This document shows positions 8,292 through 16,833 of a stretch of DNA of 45,879 nucleotides, one piece after another; position 1 is the stretch's first letter; each line of letters starts with the position of its first letter. The notes beneath the pieces were generated by a model, which saw only the letters and a list, made by a program, of their open reading frames with translations, ran no database searches and was not told the origin of the DNA. This stretch comes from a virus (Duplodnaviria > Heunggongvirae > Uroviricota > Caudoviricetes): the IMG/VR virus record IMGVR_UViG_3300001687_000020; one strand, given 5' to 3'. The translations under genes and the position numbers were made by a program.

Positions 8292-9155
8292 TTAAGACGC
8301 TTGAAGAATCCTAGAATATGTGTAAATGATAGCGCAATACAACTCTAGTAGAGAAACACTCATATCAACAATTGACACAAAAATGTCTTTAACTGGAATA
8401 GTTCCATGCCTATACCAGGGATAAAATTGATCCTCAACTTTTCTTCTTAATATAGCAATAGTTATTTCTAATTCTTGTAAATCCATTCTTGCCCTTACAC
8501 TGATATATGGAGTTGGGCTAGGAAGAGCAATATCATTACTAGCAATCAAAGCATTTATTTCTGCTTGTGTTTGAAACCAATGAGGATCTCCACTAGTCAT
8601 TTCCTCAAAAGTAACTGTTTTCTCAGGAACTAAGGATTCACTTATTCTTCCTCTTTGGGTACTTTTACCTCTGAAAACTAAAGTTCCTGACTCATTTCTT
8701 TCCAAATAATATTCTAGAATATCTGCGTCAGTTACATCATGGTATTCTAAAACCGAAATTAAAGCTTCTGGGGTTCCTTTTATTTTATATAGGTTAACTA
8801 AATCCAAAAGAAAAGCTACTTTAGTCCTAGTTGATAATAGATTTTCTGGATATGGATAACCAAAACTTCTAATAAACTCTTCAACATGAGTTTGTGGTAA
8901 TGAGAATGCTTCACTAGCATTCTTTTGAGTAGTTACTATAGTTCTAAATGAAGAATACCAATCAATTATAAACTTTCTTAATCTTTTAAAGTCATCGCTA
9001 GCAAAACTAACTTGATCAATAGCGGTAGTGAACCATTTAGTTGCTAATTCTTTATCACCAATAGCGGTATTCCTTAAATTCTCATCTAAAGTCGTGTCAG
9101 CAGTTGGATCTTTTAAAAAATCTAATATCTTCCAGAAATCACCTAATGTAAACAT
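8292..9155 (-). CDS. Baseplate wedge-like protein
   Basis: 287 aa; IRSFGYPY...LVNLYKIKGTPEALISVL resembles the P2 gpI/T4 gp7-type wedge motif YxxKGT. Confidence 0.65.
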   Translation of the reverse strand: MFTLGDFWKILDFLKDPTADTTLDENLRNTAIGDKELATKWFTTAIDQVSFASDDFKRLRKFIIDWYSSFRTIVTTQKNASEAFSLPQTHVEEFIRSFGYPYPENLLSTRTKVAFLLDLVNLYKIKGTPEALISVLEYHDVTDADILEYYLERNESGTLVFRGKSTQRGRISESLVPEKTVTFEEMTSGDPHWFQTQAEINALIASNDIALPSPTPYISVRARMDLQELEITIAILRRKVEDQFYPWYRHGTIPVKDIFVSIVDMSVSLLELYCAIIYTYSRILQAS

Positions 9156-9160
9156 AGTCT

Positions 9161-9754
9161 CTATTTCCTTAGCCTATGAGTATAAACATTTTCTTCGTTG
9201 AAAGAATACTTTATCTCATAATCAAATCTATTTGGATTCAAAACAAACCTTGGAATTATAAAACTACCTAAATGATAAAGTAAACATTTAGTAGTATCTA
9301 AATATCTTATTTTATCATCAACATATATCATGACCCAAGCATGCTTATCAGCTAATACCACTCTTGCCTCAAACTCATACTTTCTCAATATAGAGCAAAG
9401 TAGTATTGCTTGGTCTTCGCAGTCTCCGGTTCCTTTCTTTAAAGTTACTACTGGGTCTTGCCAAATGTCATCTACTTTTTGACCTTCTTCATAGTCTTTT
9501 TTATAACCAATATTTAAAAAAACTGACAAAGCAATCCAATATGGATGTTTAATGAATACATCATATTTAATCTTTTTAAATATTAAAGTAGTCCATCTTA
9601 CAGTTTGAATTTTTCCTATTCCTACTTCTGCTTTACAATATTTTTTAGTTATAAGTTTTCTATTTTCTATATCTTCTCTATCAATCTCTTTCCAATATAG
9701 AGGATTAAATATATTTATGCTCTTAAAAAATGTTTTTACTTTAGTTAGATCCAT
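9161..9754 (-). CDS. Transglutaminase-like cysteine protease
   Basis: 197 aa; GTGDCEDQAILLCSIL, HAWV, YLDTT give a Cys-His-Asp triad. Confidence 0.85.
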   Translation of the reverse strand: MDLTKVKTFFKSINIFNPLYWKEIDREDIENRKLITKKYCKAEVGIGKIQTVRWTTLIFKKIKYDVFIKHPYWIALSVFLNIGYKKDYEEGQKVDDIWQDPVVTLKKGTGDCEDQAILLCSILRKYEFEARVVLADKHAWVMIYVDDKIRYLDTTKCLLYHLGSFIIPRFVLNPNRFDYEIKYSFNEENVYTHRLRK

Positions 9755-9768
9755 TTTTTTAATCCTCC

Positions 9769-9781
9769 TATTTTTTTGTTC
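9769..9781 (-). promoter_or_regulatory. Putative late promoter GAACA-AAAAAA-TA
   Basis: Plus strand tatttttttgttc; predicted +1 A is directly followed by the GGAGG RBS of 9161-9754. Confidence 0.75.
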
Positions 9782-9799
9782 CGAATTGTAACTAAATAT

Positions 9800-9844
9800 A
9801 AAAAATAAGGTAGGCTTGAACTATTGTATGCTCAAACCTACCTT
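9800..9844 (-). terminator. Intrinsic terminator
   Basis: Minus strand AAGGTAGGTTTGAG-CATACAATAG-TTCAAGCCTACCTT-A-TTTTTT; 14-bp stem whose two wobbles are valid only on the minus strand. Confidence 0.85.
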
Positions 9845-9896
9845 TCCCCCCAACCATAAGCCGGACACTAGGAGGTTTATGAGACGCCTGTAGACC

Positions 9897-10496
9897 TTAA
9901 GAGGTCCCTGAGACTTCTTTAAACATTTCTTCAACTACATAACACTCAAACATATTAGTAAGAACTGAGGTTGAATCAGAAATTAAGTCAGTATTGTTAT
10001 ACTTAGAATAATCTCCGGTTAACTTAAAGTCTAAATAAATGTAAATTAATTTTGATAATTTAGTTGTGAGATTATTGTATACTATCGACGAAATATCAGT
10101 ACTCCCAGTTCTTTTATATTGAAGTAATTTATTAATAAGGGTTAGGTCGTCTTGAGTGAGTTGAAAAAGGTTGGTTCTACAATTCTGTCCATCACATACA
10201 TAGTATTGAGTTGTAGAAGGATAAACTATACTTCTATCTCTACAAGTTTTATCCCATGATAGTCTACTTGATATACTTCTAAATTTATACCTATAATGAG
10301 GATACTCATATCCAAAATCAGGAACTGAAGTTGAGTCATTTGCTTCACAAAATAAAACTTCAATAAAACAAGTATGGTCTATTTCAGTTGGATCAATCGG
10401 ATCTATAAACCTAGTATCCTCGATATTCAAAACTCTATTTTCTAAAAATCTAGAAAAGTTATACAATAACTGTGGGCTTATTATTTTATTTGCCAT
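9897..10496 (-). CDS. Hypothetical protein (probably structural)
   Basis: 199-aa ORF in operon orientation; no recognisable motif. Confidence 0.75.
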   Translation of the reverse strand: MANKIISPQLLYNFSRFLENRVLNIEDTRFIDPIDPTEIDHTCFIEVLFCEANDSTSVPDFGYEYPHYRYKFRSISSRLSWDKTCRDRSIVYPSTTQYYVCDGQNCRTNLFQLTQDDLTLINKLLQYKRTGSTDISSIVYNNLTTKLSKLIYIYLDFKLTGDYSKYNNTDLISDSTSVLTNMFECYVVEEMFKEVSGTS

Positions 10497-10503
10497 AGTG
10501 TTT

Positions 10504-10986
10504 TTACTCTGCTATCTCATTAAATATCCAACCCGCTAAAAGGGCAGTAGTAATTCCCAATGTAAAACTAAATCCTGTTTTGTATGAGTTCCACTTTAAT
10601 GCAGTTAAATACTTCTTTTGACTCTTATCTAACTCCTCTCTGTATAAAGAGATGTCTTCTTTCAGCAAATCATTATTACTGATATATAGTTTGATCCTTT
10701 CATCTTTAGATTCTAAAAGTTCTTGGTTAAATATATGAACCTTATTAAGGTTTTCTAATTGCTTGGTTTTTAATACATTAACTTCACGTAAAGTCTCTAT
10801 TTCTTCCAATACTTTTTTCCACTCTTCCACTTCTAATCCTATTAGTTCTTTATTACATGTCTGTCCAGGTTCAAGAAATACTGGATTAAGATTTAATTCT
10901 TCTCCTCTAGCACAAAAAGCAAGGAATAAGATAAGGAATATTACTATGAGTCCTACTATAAGTAAATCCTTTCTAAATTCACTCAT
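10504..10986 (-). CDS. Signal-peptide, coiled-coil, C-terminal TM protein (spanin-like)
   Basis: 160 aa; hydrophobic N-terminus, coiled coil, C-terminal FTLGITTALLAGWIF; abuts 10986-11342. Confidence 0.55.
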   Translation of the reverse strand: MSEFRKDLLIVGLIVIFLILFLAFCARGEELNLNPVFLEPGQTCNKELIGLEVEEWKKVLEEIETLREVNVLKTKQLENLNKVHIFNQELLESKDERIKLYISNNDLLKEDISLYREELDKSQKKYLTALKWNSYKTGFSFTLGITTALLAGWIFNEIAE

Positions 10987-11342
10987 TATAAACTCCTTAT
11001 TTTATCTATTACATCAGATGCTTTAGAAGTATTTATCTTAACTTTTTCTTTAACTGAAGCAATTTCTTTATCTAATTTCTTATTCTCCTGGATTAAAGTA
11101 GATATTTCATTCCCTTTCCAATCATCCATTTTTTCTAATTCTTTAATCTTATCAGAGTTTTGTTTCCTTTTCTCCTCTTTCACTTTCAGTTTTTCGTCTA
11201 GTTCTTTCTTCTGTAAATTTAATTTGGTTTTCTCTAGAAGGTAATGACCCCTTCCTTTCAATATTATTATTCCTAGTATCGCCAGGGCTATTGTCCCTAG
11301 AAGTATAAAGAATGCCTTTAGGTTCCTGAATATGGATTTCAT
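10986..11342 (-). CDS. N-terminal TM plus coiled-coil protein (i-spanin/Rz-like)
   Basis: 118 aa; AFFILLGTIALAILGIIIL then Lys/Glu-rich coiled coil. Confidence 0.6.
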   Translation of the reverse strand: MKSIFRNLKAFFILLGTIALAILGIIILKGRGHYLLEKTKLNLQKKELDEKLKVKEEKRKQNSDKIKELEKMDDWKGNEISTLIQENKKLDKEIASVKEKVKINTSKASDVIDKIRSL

Positions 11343-11523
11343 TTTCTTGTCTCCTCTTTCTTTCTTCTAACTCCTTATTAGTAACTGGAAACTCTGGAAC
11401 ATGACCAAAAGCGTTAACTAATTCCTGTCTTCTTTGAGATTCTGAGTATTCTTTTATTCCCCTTTCTGGTAATTCGGAGTATGCCCTATTCGTCCATTCT
11501 TTCGGCGTTTTCGGTGTTGCCAT
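11152..11523 (-). CDS. Hypothetical protein overlapping the Rz-like gene
   Basis: 123 aa; RBS GAGG; fills gap 11343-11485 and overlaps the next gene by 191 nt in another frame. Confidence 0.5.
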   Translation of the reverse strand: MATPKTPKEWTNRAYSELPERGIKEYSESQRRQELVNAFGHVPEFPVTNKELEERKRRQENEIHIQEPKGILYTSRDNSPGDTRNNNIERKGSLPSRENQIKFTEERTRRKTESERGEKETKL

Positions 11524-11791
11524 TTTTCTTTTCCTCTATTAAACTAGCTATCTGAAACACACTTCTTGAAAATAAAATAACTAAAATACCAGAAGTTAAA
11601 ATCGTAGTCCACTGGGTTCCGGTAATTTTTCCAGCGACTAAAAGTTTAGTGGAAATATAACTAATAGCAGCCAAAACCCAAAGTTTTACTGAGATTAATG
11701 TTCTAAGTAATTTAGCTAACCATAAAGCATAAAATTCTTTACTAAAAGCATTATGCTCACAATTTATCTCCATCGTCTTCTTCGCTCCCAA
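11486..11791 (-). CDS. Holin-like two-TM protein
   Basis: Hydrophobic LISVKLWVLAAISYI and WTTILTSGILVILF segments with charged C-terminus. Confidence 0.55.
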   Translation of the reverse strand: MGAKKTMEINCEHNAFSKEFYALWLAKLLRTLISVKLWVLAAISYISTKLLVAGKITGTQWTTILTSGILVILFSRSVFQIASLIEEKKNGNTENAERMDE

Positions 11792-12224
11792 ATAACTTAA
11801 ATAGTCCTACAAACAAAGTTCCTTTCTCAAGGAATGGTTCATAGTCCAATACTATTAGCCTTACAAATTCATAGTCTTCGTGATTAAAAACTAAGCAATG
11901 TTGCCCATTACGAATCTCTGTTTTTAATCCATTAATAACTTTATCAGCTTGAATGATATCTTTATACCCTCGATATCCTCTATAAGTCGATAAAGCCATT
12001 TTAATTAAAGACGAAGTAGTATGAGGTTCTTCTTCTCCTGACTTAGAGTAAACTCTAGTAGTAACTCTTGGATTAACTATTATGTCAGGAATATAATATA
12101 CTCTTTCTTCATTAGAAATTCTTTTCTTATTTGGTTTAATAACTTTCGGTTGAATAACTTTGTCTTGCTTTGGATCCATTAAGTGTGTTTCTTGTTCTTC
12201 GATAGTTTCATTAAACTTATCCAT
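11757..12224 (-). CDS. Hypothetical protein
   Basis: 155 aa; RBS GAGG; preceded by late-promoter motif. Confidence 0.75.
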   Translation of the reverse strand: MDKFNETIEEQETHLMDPKQDKVIQPKVIKPNKKRISNEERVYYIPDIIVNPRVTTRVYSKSGEEEPHTTSSLIKMALSTYRGYRGYKDIIQADKVINGLKTEIRNGQHCLVFNHEDYEFVRLIVLDYEPFLEKGTLFVGLFKLFGSEEDDGDKL

Positions 12225-12243
12225 TTCATTGACCTCTTTCTTA

Positions 12244-12256
12244 TAATAGTTTGTTC
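12244..12256 (-). promoter_or_regulatory. Putative late promoter GAACA-AACTAT-TA
   Basis: Plus strand taatagtttgttc, upstream of the RBS of 11757-12224. Confidence 0.75.
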
Positions 12257-12299
12257 TGTCAAAAAATTCTACTCGTCACTCTTCTTTCCAACTATTAGG

Positions 12300-12579
12300 T
12301 TCTCCCTTTGTAGGGGAAAAATACATAGATTTTAATAAGTCTAAGAAAAATCTTAATCTACTTTAAAAGAGACTTTAACTAAAACAGATTTTTCTCAGAA
12401 CCGTTCTAGAAGTTCATAGTAAATTTATTTCATATCAGTATAGGGCATTTCTTATAGAAGAATATCACATAGAACTGTTCTGAAAACTTAATCAGTCTTA
12501 AAATATTACTTTTGATAAGTTAAAGATTTTCAGTTCGGTTCTGAACATTTTATAAGAAATTGCCCCTACAAAGGGAGAA
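12300..12579. other. Non-coding palindromic element, candidate ncRNA / MITE-like element / origin
   Basis: 17-bp perfect terminal IR (12300-12316 / 12563-12579), internal AGAAC-n-GTTCT palindromes, long internal hairpin 12441-12568; no ORF of 60 aa or more. Confidence 0.6.
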
Positions 12580-12592
12580 AAAAATTTAATCC

Positions 12593-12766
12593 TTACTTAG
12601 AACTCTTCTCGATCTTATGACCAAGACCCACAATACCCAAAGCTGCTCCAAGCATAAGAAGTGCATTACCAACTTCAACTCTACCAAAAAACTCTAAGAC
12701 TGCAGCAATACCAATAATTCCTGCCGCAGTCCAAGTTTTCCAACCACCCATAATGTCTTTAAGCAT
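12593..12766 (-). CDS. Small two-TM protein (holin-like), 57 aa, absent from ORF track
   Basis: RBS AGGAGG; MLKDIMGGWKTWTAAGIIGIAAVLEFFGRVEVGNALLMLGAALGIVGLGHKIEKSSK. Confidence 0.85.
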   Translation of the reverse strand: MLKDIMGGWKTWTAAGIIGIAAVLEFFGRVEVGNALLMLGAALGIVGLGHKIEKSSK

Positions 12767-12775
12767 TCTATCCTC

Positions 12776-13588
12776 CTAGTTTAAACAAGTCCCACAATTC
12801 GAGCAAAAATTAGACCCAGAAGAAGAAGACCTGCCACAAGTAGAGCAAGTCAACTTTTCCCTAGTTAAAAGAGGCTTTTGAATAGGGACTTGTTCTTCGG
12901 TTATGCCTCTTAACTTAAGAGTTATAACATGAGAAATTCCTAACCCTCCAATTGTAGTAGAATCAAACTTTTGATTACTATGAGATCCTTTAACTGTAAT
13001 ACCTTCATCTTTTTGGATATCTCTAATGTCAGCCTGCATATTTAAATTCTCAGCTTGATTACAACATTTAGTAGAGTTATAAAAAGAATGAACTCCTCTT
13101 GATAAATTTTCAGTAGTACTACTCAAATAACTCCAACCAATACCTGGTTCAAATTTACCAGAATAAGTCGATGTTCCGCAAGGAAAATCACTTTTTATAG
13201 TAAAAGGATACCCTGTATAATACTGATAGTGTTCCTCAAACTGAAATTCTACTCTGACTATTCCATCGTCAATTCTATCGCCTCGGTAATTAGCAATCTC
13301 TCTAGTTTTCTGAATAAACTTAAACTTATTGCTTACGTCACTTCCTTTGAGAAATCCCTCTAAAAAGAGAGTATTTTCCCTTCCTGGACCACTTCCAGGA
13401 ATAACAAGTCGGGAGCGATCTAAGACATCCTGACCATCAATAGAAACTTTTACTATCACCCTCCTTGAGTCCATGTTTTTTAAACCAATTGAATATTCTG
13501 ATCCAAATGGTAAAGAAACATAGCCATCTTTTTCTCTCAGAGTTTGACCATTACATTGAATTGTGACTATAAAATTACTAGTAAACAT
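12776..13588 (-). CDS. Conserved-type phage protein with C-terminal double zinc ribbon
   Basis: 270 aa; LPFGSEYSI.LKN...VSIDGQDV N-domain and CSTCG...FCSNCGT C-terminus; RBS AAGGAGG. Confidence 0.85.
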   Translation of the reverse strand: MFTSNFIVTIQCNGQTLREKDGYVSLPFGSEYSIGLKNMDSRRVIVKVSIDGQDVLDRSRLVIPGSGPGRENTLFLEGFLKGSDVSNKFKFIQKTREIANYRGDRIDDGIVRVEFQFEEHYQYYTGYPFTIKSDFPCGTSTYSGKFEPGIGWSYLSSTTENLSRGVHSFYNSTKCCNQAENLNMQADIRDIQKDEGITVKGSHSNQKFDSTTIGGLGISHVITLKLRGITEEQVPIQKPLLTREKLTCSTCGRSSSSGSNFCSNCGTCLN

Positions 13589-13676
13589 TACTTCCTCCTT
13601 TTAACAGGTTACTGACTAGAACCTCTCAATTCTTAAAGTCAGTTGGAAAAGGTTAGAGTGACGAGTAGAAACTATA

Positions 13677-14117
13677 TTAATTATCTCTATATCTTCTTAG
13701 AGAGTGAATATCGGATTTTATCGAGGATATTTCTTTTTCTATATTAGCAAAAGTAGTTTGAAGACCATTTCTTACACTCCCTTGTAATTCTGTAATTTTT
13801 TCTTCTAATCTCTTAAAACCTTCTTCCTGCCTAGTATGAATAATATCTATAGATCTAGTCAACTCGGATCTTAAGTTTGCTAAGACTAATTCAGTTTCTT
13901 TCTGACGAGCAAACTTAATGTCACAATCTTTTCTTCTGTCATTGATTTCTTCTTGCATGGCGGATATCTTCTCCTTGCATGATGTTTTACATTTCTCTAT
14001 TTCGTCGAGACTTTCTTTTTTCATGCCTCTAATATCCCTCCATATAAACGCTAAAATACCTACAAAAAGTAGGCCAAATATTGTTTCTACTGCCGTAGGA
14101 GTCATATATTCCTCCAA
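13677..14117 (-). CDS. Single-TM coiled-coil protein (holin/XhlA-like)
   Basis: 146 aa; IFGLLFVGILAFIW then long coiled coil. Confidence 0.6.
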   Translation of the reverse strand: MEEYMTPTAVETIFGLLFVGILAFIWRDIRGMKKESLDEIEKCKTSCKEKISAMQEEINDRRKDCDIKFARQKETELVLANLRSELTRSIDIIHTRQEEGFKRLEEKITELQGSVRNGLQTTFANIEKEISSIKSDIHSLRRYRDN

Positions 14118-14148
14118 TATTCACTATGTAATAGAGTTAGTAAAACCA

Positions 14149-15267
14149 TTAAACAGGGCTCATTTGTATTGGTGGACCACATGTCATTTTGTCATTTAAC
14201 TCAAAAGTAAAGTCTTCGTTTTCATATCCAGCTTTAGTTAATATTATTCTAAATGGTGATCCATCATATGTAGTGTTTGTATCAAGATTATCATCTGGAT
14301 TTTCACAATAAGACCTTACTAATTCGATACCTATTCCGCCTGTAGAATCAGTTGACCCAATATATATATCACTTCCGTGTTGATCTTTTATGTTGACCGA
14401 AACCCCGTCCATAGGAAGGCTATTTTCATCTATGACCGAAGTTTCAAATGAATATGACCTATATACCCTCCCACTGGCTAATTCTCTCCAATTAACCTTC
14501 CAAGAGTCAGTATTGATATCTCTAAGAGTGAAAGTCATTGGTGAAATGAAAGTTTCTTGGACATTTACTAATGCTTGACACCCTCTTACATATAAATCAT
14601 TAACACTTTTTCCATCAGCACTTTCGTCCAAACTTACTGCCCAAAAATGCATGTTAAGAATTCTAATTTGATTCATAGTTCCTGGGTAAAAATTAGAAAA
14701 CCCCCGGTATGTACCCCCTTGAAAAGTTAAGTCATAAATATCAACTAAATCTGCGTCTCTCCCTATAGCATAAACATTTTCCCATATATTAGACCAGACT
14801 CGACCATTTTCAAATTGAACTACGCCAAACATTGAACCACGATTGAAAAGTCTACATCCGTAAAGATTCAAAACTGCGTCATTCTTATTTTCTCCATATA
14901 ATATGTAAACTTTACCAATTGCATTTTGCATATGGATATCACATCCACCTCGGATATCCTTAGTGGCTACATTATTTGTCCATCCAAATCGTAAAGTTCC
15001 TTTTACAATATCGATAACTTTTTCATACTCAGCAACGAATATCTGGGGAATATAAATTTGTTTATATGCTTCTTGAACATATGAGTCATTCGTAATTAAA
15101 AGTTTTGCTCCAAGAGTATACTGATAGTCATTATGTTTCGTAATTACTCCCCATCCACCTGCTTGATCTTCAATGTAAAGATTTTCCATTAAATTGTAAT
15201 AACTTACAGGCGTTCCCATTCCGTCGATCGTGATTTCATTAGTTCCTGCGTTATACGTAACAGCCAT
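14149..15267 (-). CDS. Putative beta-helix tail/structural protein
   Basis: ORF track 14149-15309; likelier start ATG 15267 (MAVTYNAGT) after GAGGTAAGGGG; beta-rich repeats and an Ig-like C-terminus. Confidence 0.65.
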   Translation of the reverse strand: MAVTYNAGTNEITIDGMGTPVSYYNLMENLYIEDQAGGWGVITKHNDYQYTLGAKLLITNDSYVQEAYKQIYIPQIFVAEYEKVIDIVKGTLRFGWTNNVATKDIRGGCDIHMQNAIGKVYILYGENKNDAVLNLYGCRLFNRGSMFGVVQFENGRVWSNIWENVYAIGRDADLVDIYDLTFQGGTYRGFSNFYPGTMNQIRILNMHFWAVSLDESADGKSVNDLYVRGCQALVNVQETFISPMTFTLRDINTDSWKVNWRELASGRVYRSYSFETSVIDENSLPMDGVSVNIKDQHGSDIYIGSTDSTGGIGIELVRSYCENPDDNLDTNTTYDGSPFRIILTKAGYENEDFTFELNDKMTCGPPIQMSPV

Positions 15268-15338
15268 TCCCCTTACCTCTTTTTTTACTAGATAAAATTT
15301 TCCAGCCATTTTAAATCCTAAATTTGATATTTAAAATA

Positions 15339-16802
15339 TTAAGGAGCAAAAGCCACTTCATGCTCATTTCCAGCACCATCTTGAAAGTAAAGTTTATTAT
15401 CGTTTTTAGTATAAACTTTTCCATAATCTGCGTCTGCAGTTGGAGTAGTTCTTTCTTTTAAAGTCAATAATCCTGCTTCAATTGAAAGTCCTGGCATATT
15501 AGCAGTTGGGGTTAATCCTATCCCCACATATCCCGCTGAAGTCGCTGCGATTGCTAAAACACTTGAAGCAACCCAAATATTCATTTGGTCAATATTATTA
15601 TCATATTCTAAACCAAAACGTCCTTCTGCGTCAGTATCACCCATATAAACTCGACATTTTCTATCTGCAGCAGAAAAGATACTTAAATTAGTATGACCAG
15701 TATTTAATGCACAAAAAGAAGCGACGGTTGATGCCAATAAAGTAGGAGGAGTCAAGGGGGTCGCTCCAGTTCTTACATCAAGTCTACAAGCGGGGGAAGT
15801 TATACCCCCACCTATTACTATATTTCCTGTTGATCCTTGAAGATAAAAGGCTCCACTTTGGCCTATCGTAACACCTATGTTTGCTGAAGATCCTAGATAT
15901 AAATAATCGTTGACTCCTTCACTTAATTCAATAAACTTAACTCCACCCGCTTCAATCTTCACTGAGTCATCTTCAAAGTGAAGAAAAGTGTCTAAATCTC
16001 CATAATGACTTAAATATTCAGCAAGTTCAAGAACGCCATAAACTCTTGTCATATCATCAGAACCACGAACAAAAATAGATGGAGTTTTTCCAAGATATAA
16101 GTCACAATCAGATCCATAACCCATAAAAGCTTGGTCCTGAACATCTTCAACTAAACTAAAAATATTATTATTTCCTACCCTTACATCAAGTCTATCATCT
16201 CTGAATTGGATATATGTATCTATATCCTCATAGTGACCCAAATATTCAGCAATATCAAGATTAGTTCCTCTAACTTCAACATCTTCATAGAAATAAGTAT
16301 TCTTTCTCATAGTGATGAAATTCGTACCTGTAGTGGTACAAAAAGTCATATTTACGTCAACACCATTAAGTATTTGTAATGCATCGGCTCGGTTATCAGT
16401 TAAATGAATTTGATAATCATTTTGATAGGGTCTAAGGTGGGTAGTATATAAATTCGTGGAATATACTAAACCAGGAGTAACTTGCCCAAATGTTCCAGGT
16501 TGTGCCATTCTTGCTGTTAATCCAAAAGGACTAACTATTTTATTTGCTTCCGTTCCAGTTACACATTCAGCCCCACTTGCAAACTCAAGAGTTTCATACT
16601 CTGATCCTCCTAATTGGACTAAACCGTGAGAAATTGTAAAATAATCAGGATCAAACATATTAGATAGAGTATTTAAAGCCTCATTAACGTTAGAATCTGT
16701 AGGATTTAAAATACCTGTTGAAACATCGCAACTTACTTGGCTGGCATTTGTCCCACCCCCACCACTAAAGGCTGAAACTTTTGGAATCAATCTAGGCATC
16801 AA
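15339..16802 (-). CDS. Tail fibre-like protein
   Basis: 487 aa; repeated EYxxHxxDxDTxIxFxDD modules shared with 17947-22335; C-terminal TPTADADYGKVYTKNDNKLYF motif. Confidence 0.8.
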   Translation of the reverse strand: MMPRLIPKVSAFSGGGGTNASQVSCDVSTGILNPTDSNVNEALNTLSNMFDPDYFTISHGLVQLGGSEYETLEFASGAECVTGTEANKIVSPFGLTARMAQPGTFGQVTPGLVYSTNLYTTHLRPYQNDYQIHLTDNRADALQILNGVDVNMTFCTTTGTNFITMRKNTYFYEDVEVRGTNLDIAEYLGHYEDIDTYIQFRDDRLDVRVGNNNIFSLVEDVQDQAFMGYGSDCDLYLGKTPSIFVRGSDDMTRVYGVLELAEYLSHYGDLDTFLHFEDDSVKIEAGGVKFIELSEGVNDYLYLGSSANIGVTIGQSGAFYLQGSTGNIVIGGGITSPACRLDVRTGATPLTPPTLLASTVASFCALNTGHTNLSIFSAADRKCRVYMGDTDAEGRFGLEYDNNIDQMNIWVASSVLAIAATSAGYVGIGLTPTANMPGLSIEAGLLTLKERTTPTADADYGKVYTKNDNKLYFQDGAGNEHEVAFAP

Positions 16803-16833
16803 AAAACTCCTTATTAGTTATCAATATTTACCC

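Larger units (their letters stand above)
12267..13670. repeat. Bipartite long-range inverted repeat (12267-12293 / 13641-13670) flanking a 1.35-kb cassette
   Basis: ttctactcgtcactct (12267-12282) is the perfect reverse complement of 13655-13670; tttccaact (12285-12293) pairs with 13641-13649; minus-strand T6 at 12261-12266 follows the downstream arm. Confidence 0.95.

Noticed and set aside
9871-9893. Plus-strand GGAGG plus mini-ORF MRRL*
   Set aside because: Only four codons, antisense to the operon, no promoter evidence; likely chance.
12267-13670. Retron (a1/a2-like inverted repeats around structured non-coding DNA) or IS element
   Set aside because: No RT or transposase motifs in the enclosed ORFs or the window; an enzyme acting in trans cannot be excluded.
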